Sequence record: SRR2962707_3821
Length of the DNA: 35,762 bases
Direction: 5' to 3' (one strand)
Part shown: positions 19,077 to 28,063 of the stretch, piece by piece
Numbering within the stretch: position 1 is the stretch's first letter
How the letters are laid out: each line of letters begins with the position of its first letter
The notes under the pieces: generated by a model
The model's input: the letters and a program-made list of their open reading frames with translations, nothing else
The model's database searches: none
What the model was told of the DNA's origin: nothing
Translations under genes and position numbers: made by a program

Positions 19077-20237
19077 CTAGACTGCCTCGATGATTGTGAC
19101 GTTGGCGATACCGCCGCCCTCGCACATTGTTTGCAACCCGTATTTCTTGCCCTGTGCATGCAGGCTGTGCACTAGCGTCGTCATCAAGCGCGCCCCTGAC
19201 GCCCCCAACGGATGGCCAAGCGCAATAGCGCCACCATTTACGTTCAGCTTTTCAGGATCGGCACCCGTATGCTTGAGCCAAGCCATAGGGATCGGCGCAA
19301 AGGCTTCGTTCACCTCGAACAGATCAATATCGCCGATCTTCATGCCCGCACGTTCCAATGCACGGTCGGTGGCGGGCAGTGGCTCTTCCAGCATGATCAC
19401 AGGATCACCTGCCGTCACCGTCAGGTTTACGATCCGCGCCTTGGGGGTCAGGTTGTATTTCTTTAACGCCGCCTCGGACACGACCAGCACACCTGCTGCG
19501 CCATCACAAATCTGCGACGCATTCGCAGCCGAAATCATGCCGTTCGGATCCAGCAGCTTTACGCTTGAAATAGTCTCTAATGTTGCGTCATCGCGAATGC
19601 CTTCGTCGCGGGTGTGCATGCCGCCTTCGATGGCCAGCGGTACGATTTCAGCATCAAACGCGCCTGCATTGCTGGCGGCCGTGGCACGGCGGTGGCTTTC
19701 CAAAGCATAGCTGTCCAGCTCTTCGCGGTTAAACCCGTGTTTTTGCGCGACCATCTCGGCCCCGATAAACTGGCTAAAGTTCTTGGTGCCATAGCGTTCC
19801 GCGATACGGTCGCTAAACGGCCCCTCGCCCAGCCCCGCCTTGGCGTGCAAGGTCACGTTCGACATCATCGGCACCCGCGTCATGCTTTCGACACCCATGG
19901 CGACGACCACATCTTGCGTGCCCGACATCACCGCTTGGGCCGCGAATTGTACCGCTTGTTGCGAGCTACCACATTGCCGGTCAATCGTTACGGCAGGCAC
20001 CGATTGCGGGAGGTTTGACGCCAAGACGCAATTGCGCCCGAACGCAAAGGATTGTTCGCCCGCTTGGGTCACACAGCCAACGATCACATCGTCGATGATT
20101 GCCCCGTCAATGCCACTGCGCGCGACCAGTGCATTCAGCACCTCGGCCCCTAAATCTGCCGGGTGCCAATCACGCAAAGCACCCCCGCGGCGCCCGCCAG
20201 CCGTGCGAACTGTTTCTACGATATATGCGTCAGCCAT
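19077..20237 (-). CDS. Acetyl-CoA C-acetyltransferase (thiolase)
   Basis: DRQCGSS (catalytic Cys), NEAFA, GHPLGASG, CEGGG motifs. Confidence 0.92.
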   Translation of the reverse strand: MADAYIVETVRTAGGRRGGALRDWHPADLGAEVLNALVARSGIDGAIIDDVIVGCVTQAGEQSFAFGRNCVLASNLPQSVPAVTIDRQCGSSQQAVQFAAQAVMSGTQDVVVAMGVESMTRVPMMSNVTLHAKAGLGEGPFSDRIAERYGTKNFSQFIGAEMVAQKHGFNREELDSYALESHRRATAASNAGAFDAEIVPLAIEGGMHTRDEGIRDDATLETISSVKLLDPNGMISAANASQICDGAAGVLVVSEAALKKYNLTPKARIVNLTVTAGDPVIMLEEPLPATDRALERAGMKIGDIDLFEVNEAFAPIPMAWLKHTGADPEKLNVNGGAIALGHPLGASGARLMTTLVHSLHAQGKKYGLQTMCEGGGIANVTIIEAV

Positions 20238-20261
20238 GGTTTTCCCCTCCCGGAAAGATCG

Positions 20262-21023
20262 TTACTTCGGTGCCATACGGATGGCACCGTCAAGGCGGAT
20301 TGTTTCCCCGTTCAGCATCGGATTATCAATGATTGCGCCAACCATCTTGGCGTATTCCGATGGATCACCCAACCGGCTTGGGAACGGCACTTGCGCGCCC
20401 AGTGATGTCTGCGCTTCTTCTGGCAAGCTGGCCAAAAGCGGCGTCAGGAAAAGACCCGGTGCGATTGTCATTACGCGGATGCCATAGCGCGCCAGTTCGC
20501 GGGCGATCGGCAGGGTCATGCCCACAATACCGCCCTTGGACGCGGCATAGGCCGCCTGCCCGATCTGCCCGTCAAACGCTGCAACCGATGCGGTGTTGAT
20601 GATCACCCCACGCTCTTCCCCGATGGGGTCGGCCTTGTGCAATGCGGCGGCAAACTTCGACAAAACGTTGAACGACCCCAAAAGGTTGACGTTGATTACC
20701 CCCGCAAAGCTGTCCAGCGGCAGCGCGTCACCTTCGCGGCTGACAACCTTGGCTGGTGGTCCGATGCCCGCACAGTTAACCAAGATGCGCGCCTTGCCAT
20801 GCACGCCTTCGGCATCTGCAATCGCAGTGGCGACAGCGTTTTCATCCGTCACGTTCACCTTGAAAAATTTACCACCGATTTCGGCGGCTTTGGCTTCACC
20901 CATCTCGGCATTCATGTCAAAGATCGCGACCTTGGCACCGGCCTTGGCCAGCATTTCAGCTGTCGCACCCCCCAAACCAGATGCGCCGCCGGTTACAATC
21001 GCCGCTTGTCCTTGAAGTTCCAT
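20262..21023 (-). CDS. 3-hydroxyacyl-CoA dehydrogenase, HSD10-like SDR
   Basis: TGGASGLG, NCAGI, NTASVAAFDGQIGQAAYAASKGG, RLDGAIRM motifs. Confidence 0.92.
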   Translation of the reverse strand: MELQGQAAIVTGGASGLGGATAEMLAKAGAKVAIFDMNAEMGEAKAAEIGGKFFKVNVTDENAVATAIADAEGVHGKARILVNCAGIGPPAKVVSREGDALPLDSFAGVINVNLLGSFNVLSKFAAALHKADPIGEERGVIINTASVAAFDGQIGQAAYAASKGGIVGMTLPIARELARYGIRVMTIAPGLFLTPLLASLPEEAQTSLGAQVPFPSRLGDPSEYAKMVGAIIDNPMLNGETIRLDGAIRMAPK

Positions 21024-21062
21024 AGTCTGTCTTCCCCCTGGCAGCCTACGCCGCCCCCTTAT

Positions 21063-21105
21063 TTGAATTTCACGGGAATGTTGCGCGGGGCGCGGGGGAA
21101 TTCAA
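21063..21105 (-). promoter_or_regulatory. Candidate sigma70 promoter for the SDR-thiolase operon, bracketed by a 7-bp inverted repeat
   Basis: Minus strand reads TTGAAT-N17-AACATT; TTGAATT (21063-21069) and AATTCAA (21099-21105) form an inverted repeat. Confidence 0.35.
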
Positions 21106-21143
21106 TCGAAAAGCCGGAAAGATGCAGAATAATACGCAGCCCG

Positions 21144-22424
21144 TTACTCGGGCACCTTGGCCCCTTGGGCAATCGTCGGCGGTGCGTTGTTCAGCTGTTC
21201 AATCGCAAAACCGGCGGCGGCTTTATAGCCGGCCATAAAGGCATTGCGTTCCTCCTCAGGGACCACATCATTGATGTCGGTAAACTCCCCTGCACAGCGA
21301 TCGTTCACCATGTTCAAAAGGCCAAAAGGCCCTGCCCCACGGTTGCGCAAGATCAGCTCTGATACAGGTCCGCACAGCGCGTCGTCATACGCGTGCAAAG
21401 CGGCGGGCGTCACACCATGTTCCAACATAAACGCCCCGATGGTGCGTGCATCGATGATCGCCTGGCTGGCCCCGTTTGACCCGGTAGGATACATCGCATG
21501 GGCGGCATCCCCCATCAAAGCCACAGATCCATCGACCCAAGTATCAACCGGATCACGGTCGATCATCGGGTTTTCATAGGCAATTTCGGCACCATTCAAC
21601 AAGGCAGGCACATCTAGCCAATCATAGGTCCAGCCTTCGAAATGGTGGATGAAATCGGACACTTTGGCGGGCTTGTACCAGCCGCTTTTGCGGTCTTCGG
21701 TTTCGTCTAACGTGACTTCGGCGATCCAGTTGATATCGGCATAGCCCTGATCATCCACCTGCGAAATCGGATAGATCACCATGCGTTGCAGATGCGTGCC
21801 CAACCCAATAAAGGACGATCCCGTCCGGCTGGGTTTTGCCCGCGTCGTGCCGCGCCACATCAAGGCACCGCCCCAATGGATCGGCGGCTGATCGGGGTGC
21901 ATCTGCGCACGGATCGCCGAATGAATACCGTCTGCGCCAATCAGCAACGCCCCAATTTCAACGCTCTTGCGGCCATCGGCGTGGGCGATCTGCGCGCTGA
22001 CTGTCCCGTCGGCGTTCTGGACATACCCTGTGACCTTTGCACCCAACTGCACGGCACTACTGCCTGCGCGTTCAATCAGCGTGTCATACATCAGCATATG
22101 CAGCTTGCCCCGGTGTGCTGCGTATTGTGCCCAGTTATAGCCAGCTTCGGTCCCGCGCGGTTCGGCGTATATTTCCTGCCCCTGCTGTCCGACCAACGCC
22201 CATTCGCGCGCGGGTAATCCGACCTTGTCCAGATCGGCAGCGGTGATACCCAGATCAAACAATTCGCGCACCGCGTTTGGCTGGATGTTGATCCCGACGC
22301 CCAAAGGTTTCAATTCGCGCACCGATTCAAAAACGGTGCAGCGCACCCCAATCTGATCCAGCGTCAAGGCAAGCGCCAACCCACCAATGCCACCACCAGC
22401 AATCAAGACATGGGGTTTGGACAT
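21144..22424 (-). CDS. Group A flavin-dependent monooxygenase (PhzS-like)
   Basis: GGGIGG, LGVGINIQP, GADGIHS, GDAAHAMYPTGSNGASQAI motifs. Confidence 0.85.
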   Translation of the reverse strand: MSKPHVLIAGGGIGGLALALTLDQIGVRCTVFESVRELKPLGVGINIQPNAVRELFDLGITAADLDKVGLPAREWALVGQQGQEIYAEPRGTEAGYNWAQYAAHRGKLHMLMYDTLIERAGSSAVQLGAKVTGYVQNADGTVSAQIAHADGRKSVEIGALLIGADGIHSAIRAQMHPDQPPIHWGGALMWRGTTRAKPSRTGSSFIGLGTHLQRMVIYPISQVDDQGYADINWIAEVTLDETEDRKSGWYKPAKVSDFIHHFEGWTYDWLDVPALLNGAEIAYENPMIDRDPVDTWVDGSVALMGDAAHAMYPTGSNGASQAIIDARTIGAFMLEHGVTPAALHAYDDALCGPVSELILRNRGAGPFGLLNMVNDRCAGEFTDINDVVPEEERNAFMAGYKAAAGFAIEQLNNAPPTIAQGAKVPE

Positions 22425-22466
22425 AATTTTTACCGCCTTTGAAGAAATTTAAGATGTGTTAGCAGA

Positions 22467-22910
22467 TCACCGAAGCGGGTCAAACCCATCCTCAAGGCCA
22501 ACCGCCTTGCTGGTCAATGCGATGAACTGCGCGCGCTCGGCACCCGAAAGCCCGCTCAGGATGTCACTTTGCAGGGCGCTGACGATTGGCGCTGCCTTTT
22601 GCAAAACCTCCCTCCCCTGCGCGGTTAGCGTGACGTGCCGGGCGCGTTTATCGTCGGGGTTAATGCTGCGGGTGACCCAGGTTTTACGCTCAAGCCGGTC
22701 AACAACGCCCCCGATGGTCGCGCGGTCATACGCAATGTGATGCGCAAGGCGGGCCTGATCCATGCCGGGCGTATCGTTGATGGTCTGCAAAGCCGCAAAC
22801 TGCACCGACGTCATATCGATACCCGCAGCTTTCATCTGCTCGGAAAACGTGGCGGTCGAAAGCTGGTGCAATCGCCGGATCAAATGGCCGGGCATAGCGT
22901 TTAAGGGCAT
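22467..22910 (-). CDS. MarR family regulator (MobR-like by position)
   Basis: PGHLIRRLHQ, YDRATIGGVVDRLE, DKRAR motifs; divergent from the MobA-like gene. Confidence 0.88.
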   Translation of the reverse strand: MPLNAMPGHLIRRLHQLSTATFSEQMKAAGIDMTSVQFAALQTINDTPGMDQARLAHHIAYDRATIGGVVDRLERKTWVTRSINPDDKRARHVTLTAQGREVLQKAAPIVSALQSDILSGLSGAERAQFIALTSKAVGLEDGFDPLR

Positions 22911-22926
22911 GTGTCACCTCTAATTG

Positions 22927-22985
22927 GTATGCATACTTACCATATTGACGCCGCCATGAAAGACCCGTTATGGTAAGTATACTTA
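22927..22985. promoter_or_regulatory. Divergent promoter with candidate MarR operators
   Basis: Palindromes GTATGCATAC (22927-22936) and TAAGTATACTTA (22974-22985); 12-bp inverted repeat ATACTTACCATA (22933-22944) / TATGGTAAGTAT (22969-22980); TTGACG-N18-TATGGT pointing at the monooxygenase. Confidence 0.7.
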
Positions 22986-23002
22986 TTAACTAGGGGCGCA
23001 AG

Positions 23003-24877
23003 ATGCAGTACCACCTGAACGGCTTTCGCGCGGGCAACCCGGATATCGCGGCATCCACCCGTCCGGACCATCCCGCCGCGCCCCCTGCGCAGGTTGACGT
23101 TCTGATCGTTGGGTGTGGCCCTGCGGGGTTGACCCTAGCCGCGCAACTGTCTGCCTTTGGCGACATATCAACCTGCATCATCGACCAGAAATCCGGCCCG
23201 CTACAGATGGGCCAAGCCGATGGCATTTCTTGCCGGTCGGTCGAGATGTTCGAAGCTTTCGGGTTTTCCGAACGGGTGCTGCGCGAAGCCTATTGGGTGA
23301 ATGAAACGACGTTCTGGAAACCTGATCCTGCGAGACCGGATCACATCGCCCGCAGTGGCCGTATCCAAGACACCGAAGACGGGCTGTCGGAAATGCCCCA
23401 TGTGATCCTAAGCCAAGCGCGGGTGCATGATTTCTATCTTGATGTGATGCGGCAAGGCCCCCGGCGGTTAGAGCCGCATTACGATCGCACGTTCATCAGC
23501 CTGACGCGCGATGACAGCGCAGATTATCCCGTCAAGGTTACCATCGCGCATACACCCGACGGTGCCCCGCCCGTGACCGAGACAATCCATGCCCGTTATG
23601 TCATCGGTTGCGATGGCGCGCGCAGTGGGGTGCGCCGCGCGATAGGTCGCGATCTGGTTGGCGATGCCGCCAATCAGGCGTGGGGTGTCATGGATGTGCT
23701 GGTCGAAACAGACTTTCCCGATATCCGGTTGAAATCCGTGATCCATTCAGCGGCCCAAGGCTCCGTTCTGATTATCCCGCGCGAGGGTGGGTATCTGGTG
23801 CGCCTGTATATCGAACTGGACAAGCTGAACCCGGACCAACGCGTATCGCAAAAAAACATCACCGCCCCCCAATTGATCGCGGCAGCACAGCGGATCATGG
23901 CCCCTTATACGCTAGAGGTTAAGGAAATCGCGTGGTGGTCCGTGTACGAAATTGGCCAACGACTGTGCGATCAGTTTGATGATGCGGAAAACGGTGGCGA
24001 CCCAAGGGTGTTTATCGCTGGCGATGCCGGCCACACCCACAGCCCCAAAGCCGGGCAAGGCATGAATGTATCGATGGGTGATGCTTTCAATCTGGGCTGG
24101 AAACTGGCTGCTGTCCTGCGCGGGCAATCTGCGCCATCGCTTTTGCACAGCTACTCGGCCGAGCGTCAGGCCATCGCGCAGGACCTGATCGATTTCGACC
24201 GTGCCTTTGCCAAGATGTTCAGCGCGCGGCCCAAAACGGCACAGGATGCCGGGCAAGACACCGTAGATCCCGCAGAATTCCAGCGCTATTTCCAAAAGCA
24301 GGGGCGCTTTACCGCTGGTACATCTGTGCATTATGGCCCGTCCCTTTTCGTCGGCGATGCGCGGCATCAAAATTTGGCCAAAGGGTTGGTTGTGGGCATG
24401 CGTTTTCATTCAGCGCCCGTGATCCGCGTTGCAGATGCAAAACCGGTGCACCTAGGTCATATGTTAAAGGCTGATGGCCGATGGCGTATTCTGGCCTTTG
24501 CCGGAAAAGACAACGACCTTCGGTCCCTATGCCGCCATTTAGGGTCAAAATCATCGCCCATCGTCAAAATGACACCTCGCGGTGCCGACGCCGATGCCGT
24601 CATTGATTTTCGGGCAGTTTATCAAACCCCGCACCGCCACATCGACCTGCGCGCCCTGCCCTCTTTGCTGCTCCCTAAAAAGGGGAAACATCAGCTGACC
24701 GATTACGAAAAGATATTTAGCGCCGATCCAGCATCAGATATTTTCGATCTGCGCGACATCGACAGGGTAAGCGGATGCATCGTGATCGTGCGACCGGATC
24801 AGTATATCGCCGACGTTCTACCCTTGGACGCACATAGCGCGGTGTCGGAATTCTTTGAAACCGTTCTGACCGCTTAG
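23003..24877 (+). CDS. mobA: 3-hydroxybenzoate 4-monooxygenase / phenol 2-monooxygenase family FAD monooxygenase
   Basis: N-terminus MQYHLNGFRAGNP..VDVLIVGCGPAGL, GQADGI, QDTEDGLSE, GDAGHTHSPKAGQGMN and C-terminal VRPDQY match my recollection of Comamonas testosteroni MobA. The substrate is inferred. Confidence 0.8.
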   Translation: MQYHLNGFRAGNPDIAASTRPDHPAAPPAQVDVLIVGCGPAGLTLAAQLSAFGDISTCIIDQKSGPLQMGQADGISCRSVEMFEAFGFSERVLREAYWVNETTFWKPDPARPDHIARSGRIQDTEDGLSEMPHVILSQARVHDFYLDVMRQGPRRLEPHYDRTFISLTRDDSADYPVKVTIAHTPDGAPPVTETIHARYVIGCDGARSGVRRAIGRDLVGDAANQAWGVMDVLVETDFPDIRLKSVIHSAAQGSVLIIPREGGYLVRLYIELDKLNPDQRVSQKNITAPQLIAAAQRIMAPYTLEVKEIAWWSVYEIGQRLCDQFDDAENGGDPRVFIAGDAGHTHSPKAGQGMNVSMGDAFNLGWKLAAVLRGQSAPSLLHSYSAERQAIAQDLIDFDRAFAKMFSARPKTAQDAGQDTVDPAEFQRYFQKQGRFTAGTSVHYGPSLFVGDARHQNLAKGLVVGMRFHSAPVIRVADAKPVHLGHMLKADGRWRILAFAGKDNDLRSLCRHLGSKSSPIVKMTPRGADADAVIDFRAVYQTPHRHIDLRALPSLLLPKKGKHQLTDYEKIFSADPASDIFDLRDIDRVSGCIVIVRPDQYIADVLPLDAHSAVSEFFETVLTA

Positions 24878-24882
24878 GTTCA

Positions 24883-26013
24883 TCAAGCCGGTTTCTGCGC
24901 CAACTGCCATTTGATCCGGACGAACCCCATCTGAAGCGCAAGACCGACAAAAACAAACGCCATATCAAAGATCCAAGGATCGTAAATCAACGCGGCTTTG
25001 ATCGACTGACCCAAGATCGACAACACCGTTCCGAGCGCGAAACACGCCAATCCAAACCGCCCCATCAGCTCGACCGGCCAGACCCAACGGCTGGCCGATA
25101 GACGCGTGACCCAGCTTTGCGTCGACAGGAAATACACCAACGCCAAAAGATGCAGCAAACGCGGCGCGGCAAGAAACGTTTTGTCGAAACCCGTTATGTA
25201 GAAGGGAAACCCGTGGTCGTGCAGAAACGACAGCCCGGCGCGGCCATAGAACTGAACGATCTCGATTTTCAACCACGCCAGAACAAAGATCAGAAACGCC
25301 AGCGTTGCCCATCTGGCCCAGGCGACATCGGGGACAAGCCGCTTGCCGGATTTCAACCGCATCCCGGTGGCCAGACCAATCGCGAACAGGAACTGCCACG
25401 CGAAGGGGTTAAAGAACCACCCGCCCTCATTGGGGAAGGCGGGGATATTCAGCCGCGCTTCGCCAGTCACAACCCACAGCAGGAACGACCCGCCAAGCAT
25501 GACCCACATGTTGCGTCGCCCGACCAGAATCATCACCGGCGTCATCAACAGCAATGCCGCGTACATCGGCAAGATGTTCAGATACCCGAACTGATGCCCC
25601 AATGTCGCAATACCGATGGTCGCCTGAACGGGTGCCGCGATCCATGGGGCAACATTGTTAACGCCCCACATCTTTTCGGCACCAAACCAATATGCCGACC
25701 CCATCATAATCGCCAAACTGATCATCGTAATGACCAGATGCACCGAATAAAGCGTCCAGGCGCGGCCCCAGCATTTTGCCACAGCGCGCCAAAGCGGCAG
25801 GCGTTCAAATGCCATCGGATAGGCCAGCCCTGCCGCCATGCCGGACATGAACACAAACCCCTCGGCCGCGTCGGAAAAGCCAAAGTTACGGTTTGTAAAA
25901 AGCTCAAGCGGGTTGCCCGGCACATGGTTGATGAAAATCATCACCAGCGCCAACCCCCGAAAAAAATCAAGACGCGGGTCGCGAGAGGACGCAGGATGGC
26001 TGGATAGGGTCAT
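24883..26013 (-). CDS. opgC: OpgC family membrane protein (OPG succinylation)
   Basis: RDPRLDFFRGL, FINHVP, GFSDAAEGFV, ILPMY, FNPFAWQ motifs. Start moved to ATG 26013, just after the opgH stop. Confidence 0.9.
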   Translation of the reverse strand: MTLSSHPASSRDPRLDFFRGLALVMIFINHVPGNPLELFTNRNFGFSDAAEGFVFMSGMAAGLAYPMAFERLPLWRAVAKCWGRAWTLYSVHLVITMISLAIMMGSAYWFGAEKMWGVNNVAPWIAAPVQATIGIATLGHQFGYLNILPMYAALLLMTPVMILVGRRNMWVMLGGSFLLWVVTGEARLNIPAFPNEGGWFFNPFAWQFLFAIGLATGMRLKSGKRLVPDVAWARWATLAFLIFVLAWLKIEIVQFYGRAGLSFLHDHGFPFYITGFDKTFLAAPRLLHLLALVYFLSTQSWVTRLSASRWVWPVELMGRFGLACFALGTVLSILGQSIKAALIYDPWIFDMAFVFVGLALQMGFVRIKWQLAQKPA

Positions 26014-26026
26014 GGGTGCAGACAAT

Positions 26027-27835
26027 TCAGGCTGGAACAGGTGCGTTCGTCGCATTGGGCGACGCGAATGAAATCGGGGTTTCGGCCCATTGGCCCATGA
26101 TCCGATGGTGATCGGCAATGACGCGCGGCAGGGAAAGCTCTTCGGGTGTGGCGAAAACCACCCCTTTAGACGGCTGCGATGTGAACCAGATGACCAATGG
26201 GGCCAACACCAGCGGAATGCCGATCGGCAAAACCCAAAACATCAGGTTAGCAGCAAAACTATAGGTCAGAAAAATGATCGCGATACCCCAAAGCTGTATC
26301 CACCATCCAGCGGCAAAGGCTTCGGGCAGGGTCAACCGCCCGTCGCCGCGGGTTTGCGCAGGCCACCCGCCATCCCGCCCGCTAAGCACCTGAACCACGG
26401 CGCGCGTCTGCCACATCAGCATAATCGGCGCGTTGATCGACGACATCAGCAATTCCCGCAGCATCCCCCGCAAGGCGGTCAGCGCCCCGCCAAACTGCGA
26501 CACCCGCCCCCGCAATGCCGCATCCAGCAGGATAAGCACCTTGGGAAGGACCAACAAACCAAAGACCCCAACTGCGACACCGACAGCTTTTGAGGTTTGA
26601 TCTGACGGGAAAACCGGAAATAATTGAAAGGGTTCTGGGAAAAAGTCAGGCGCGGGTGCGGTTGCCGTGGCGTATAAGTTAGACGCTAGAAACATCATCC
26701 AGAACAGCGGCGCAATATAGCTTAGGATACCTTGGAATAGCGCAAACCGCGACCAGGCTTTCAGCCCCGGCGCGGAAATCACGCGGATATGTTGCAGGTT
26801 CCCCTGACACCAGCGCCGGTCGCGTTTGGCAAAATCGATCATGTTTTCCGGCCCTTCCTCAAAGGACCCTTCAAGATCGGGATCAACGCGAACCACCCAG
26901 CCTGCGCGCGCCAACAGGGCGGCTTCGACATAATCGTGGCTTAGGATATGGCCGCCAAAAGGGGGCGGTCCAGACAGCTCGGGCAGTGCGCAGCTTTCGG
27001 CAAAGGCGCGCACCCGGACCAAGGCATTGTGGCCCCAAAACGCCCCTGTGGCCCCCTGCATTGCGGCCTGCCCTTGGGCGAATACTGGCGAATAAAAACC
27101 CGCCGCGAATTGCATCGCACGGCCAAACCGGGACTGCGCGCCGATGATACGTGGCAAGGTCTGCAACAGCCCCAGCTTTGGCGCGGCCTGCATCCGGCGC
27201 ACCATTTCCGCAATGGTCGCCCCTTCCATCAAGCTGTCCGCATCAAGGATCAGCGCAAAGTCGTAATTTGCCCCGGAGGTTTCAAAGAAATCCTGAATGT
27301 TGCCAGCCTTGCGCCCGATGTTGCGCACGCGGCGTCGATAGAAAAACCTTTGCGGTTTACCTTCCGCTTTGCGGGCATCTTGCTGGCGGTCCTCCCATAA
27401 ATGGACAAACCAACGCTCCTCCTCGGCCCCGACCCTAGCGTCCTGCGTGTCAGACAGAATGGCGAAATCAAAATGCTCGGTCAGCCCGAGGCGCGCAATG
27501 GCATCATCCATTGCGGCCACGCGGGCAAAAACTGCACCGGGGTCTTCGTTATAGACGGGCATCAAAATGGCAGTGCGGGCGGTGATCGGCGTTGTCATCG
27601 CGGCGGCAGGCTTGCGCATGGCAACCAACCCCTCGACCGATTGCATCGCGCCCCAAGCCAGCCAAAACGTGGTGATAAACACCAATGCGGCGCGCACCCC
27701 GTCGACCATCTGGTACCCATCCGCGGCACCAAACTGCAAAAACAGCGCAGCGGCACCAGCCCCAAGGCCGATGCTCATTACCAACGCAAAGACCCGCGCC
27801 GAAAGCACGCCGCCCGAGAAGGATTTAGCGTTCAT
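26027..27835 (-). CDS. opgH: Glucans biosynthesis glucosyltransferase H (GT2)
   Basis: MPVYNED, GRKAGNI, ILDADS, FWGHNA, LSHDYVEA, RDRRWCQGNLQH motifs. Confidence 0.95.
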   Translation of the reverse strand: MNAKSFSGGVLSARVFALVMSIGLGAGAAALFLQFGAADGYQMVDGVRAALVFITTFWLAWGAMQSVEGLVAMRKPAAAMTTPITARTAILMPVYNEDPGAVFARVAAMDDAIARLGLTEHFDFAILSDTQDARVGAEEERWFVHLWEDRQQDARKAEGKPQRFFYRRRVRNIGRKAGNIQDFFETSGANYDFALILDADSLMEGATIAEMVRRMQAAPKLGLLQTLPRIIGAQSRFGRAMQFAAGFYSPVFAQGQAAMQGATGAFWGHNALVRVRAFAESCALPELSGPPPFGGHILSHDYVEAALLARAGWVVRVDPDLEGSFEEGPENMIDFAKRDRRWCQGNLQHIRVISAPGLKAWSRFALFQGILSYIAPLFWMMFLASNLYATATAPAPDFFPEPFQLFPVFPSDQTSKAVGVAVGVFGLLVLPKVLILLDAALRGRVSQFGGALTALRGMLRELLMSSINAPIMLMWQTRAVVQVLSGRDGGWPAQTRGDGRLTLPEAFAAGWWIQLWGIAIIFLTYSFAANLMFWVLPIGIPLVLAPLVIWFTSQPSKGVVFATPEELSLPRVIADHHRIMGQWAETPISFASPNATNAPVPA

Positions 27836-27838
27836 CTA

Positions 27839-28063
27839 TTAGCGGCCACGCGCCACGAGGCCGAAACTTTGGATCAGAACAGCCATCATCCGGCGCAGCC
27901 CGCTTTCTGCGGCCTCAACAACCGTGATGCGTGGCAGTTCAATCACCTGCTGTGGCATCACCAAAGGGGCATCGGGCAAGGCACCGTCACGCAAAATGGC
28001 CGCTTTGCGAGTTTCAAACGCAAAGGGGTCTGAGATAGAATTTATAGTATTCTGAGCAATCAT
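27839..28063 (-). CDS. Small protein between opgG and opgH (OpgI-like by position)
   Basis: ATG 28063 overlaps the opgG stop (ATGA); stop lies 3 bp before opgH; 74 aa. Synteny matches Rhodobacter sphaeroides opgGIHC. Confidence 0.65.
   Translation of the reverse strand: MIAQNTINSISDPFAFETRKAAILRDGALPDAPLVMPQQVIELPRITVVEAAESGLRRMMAVLIQSFGLVARGR

Noticed and set aside
25117-26007. 296-aa plus-strand ORF rich in Q/R/H
   Set aside because: Antisense to opgC; the composition is what reverse-complemented hydrophobic codons produce.
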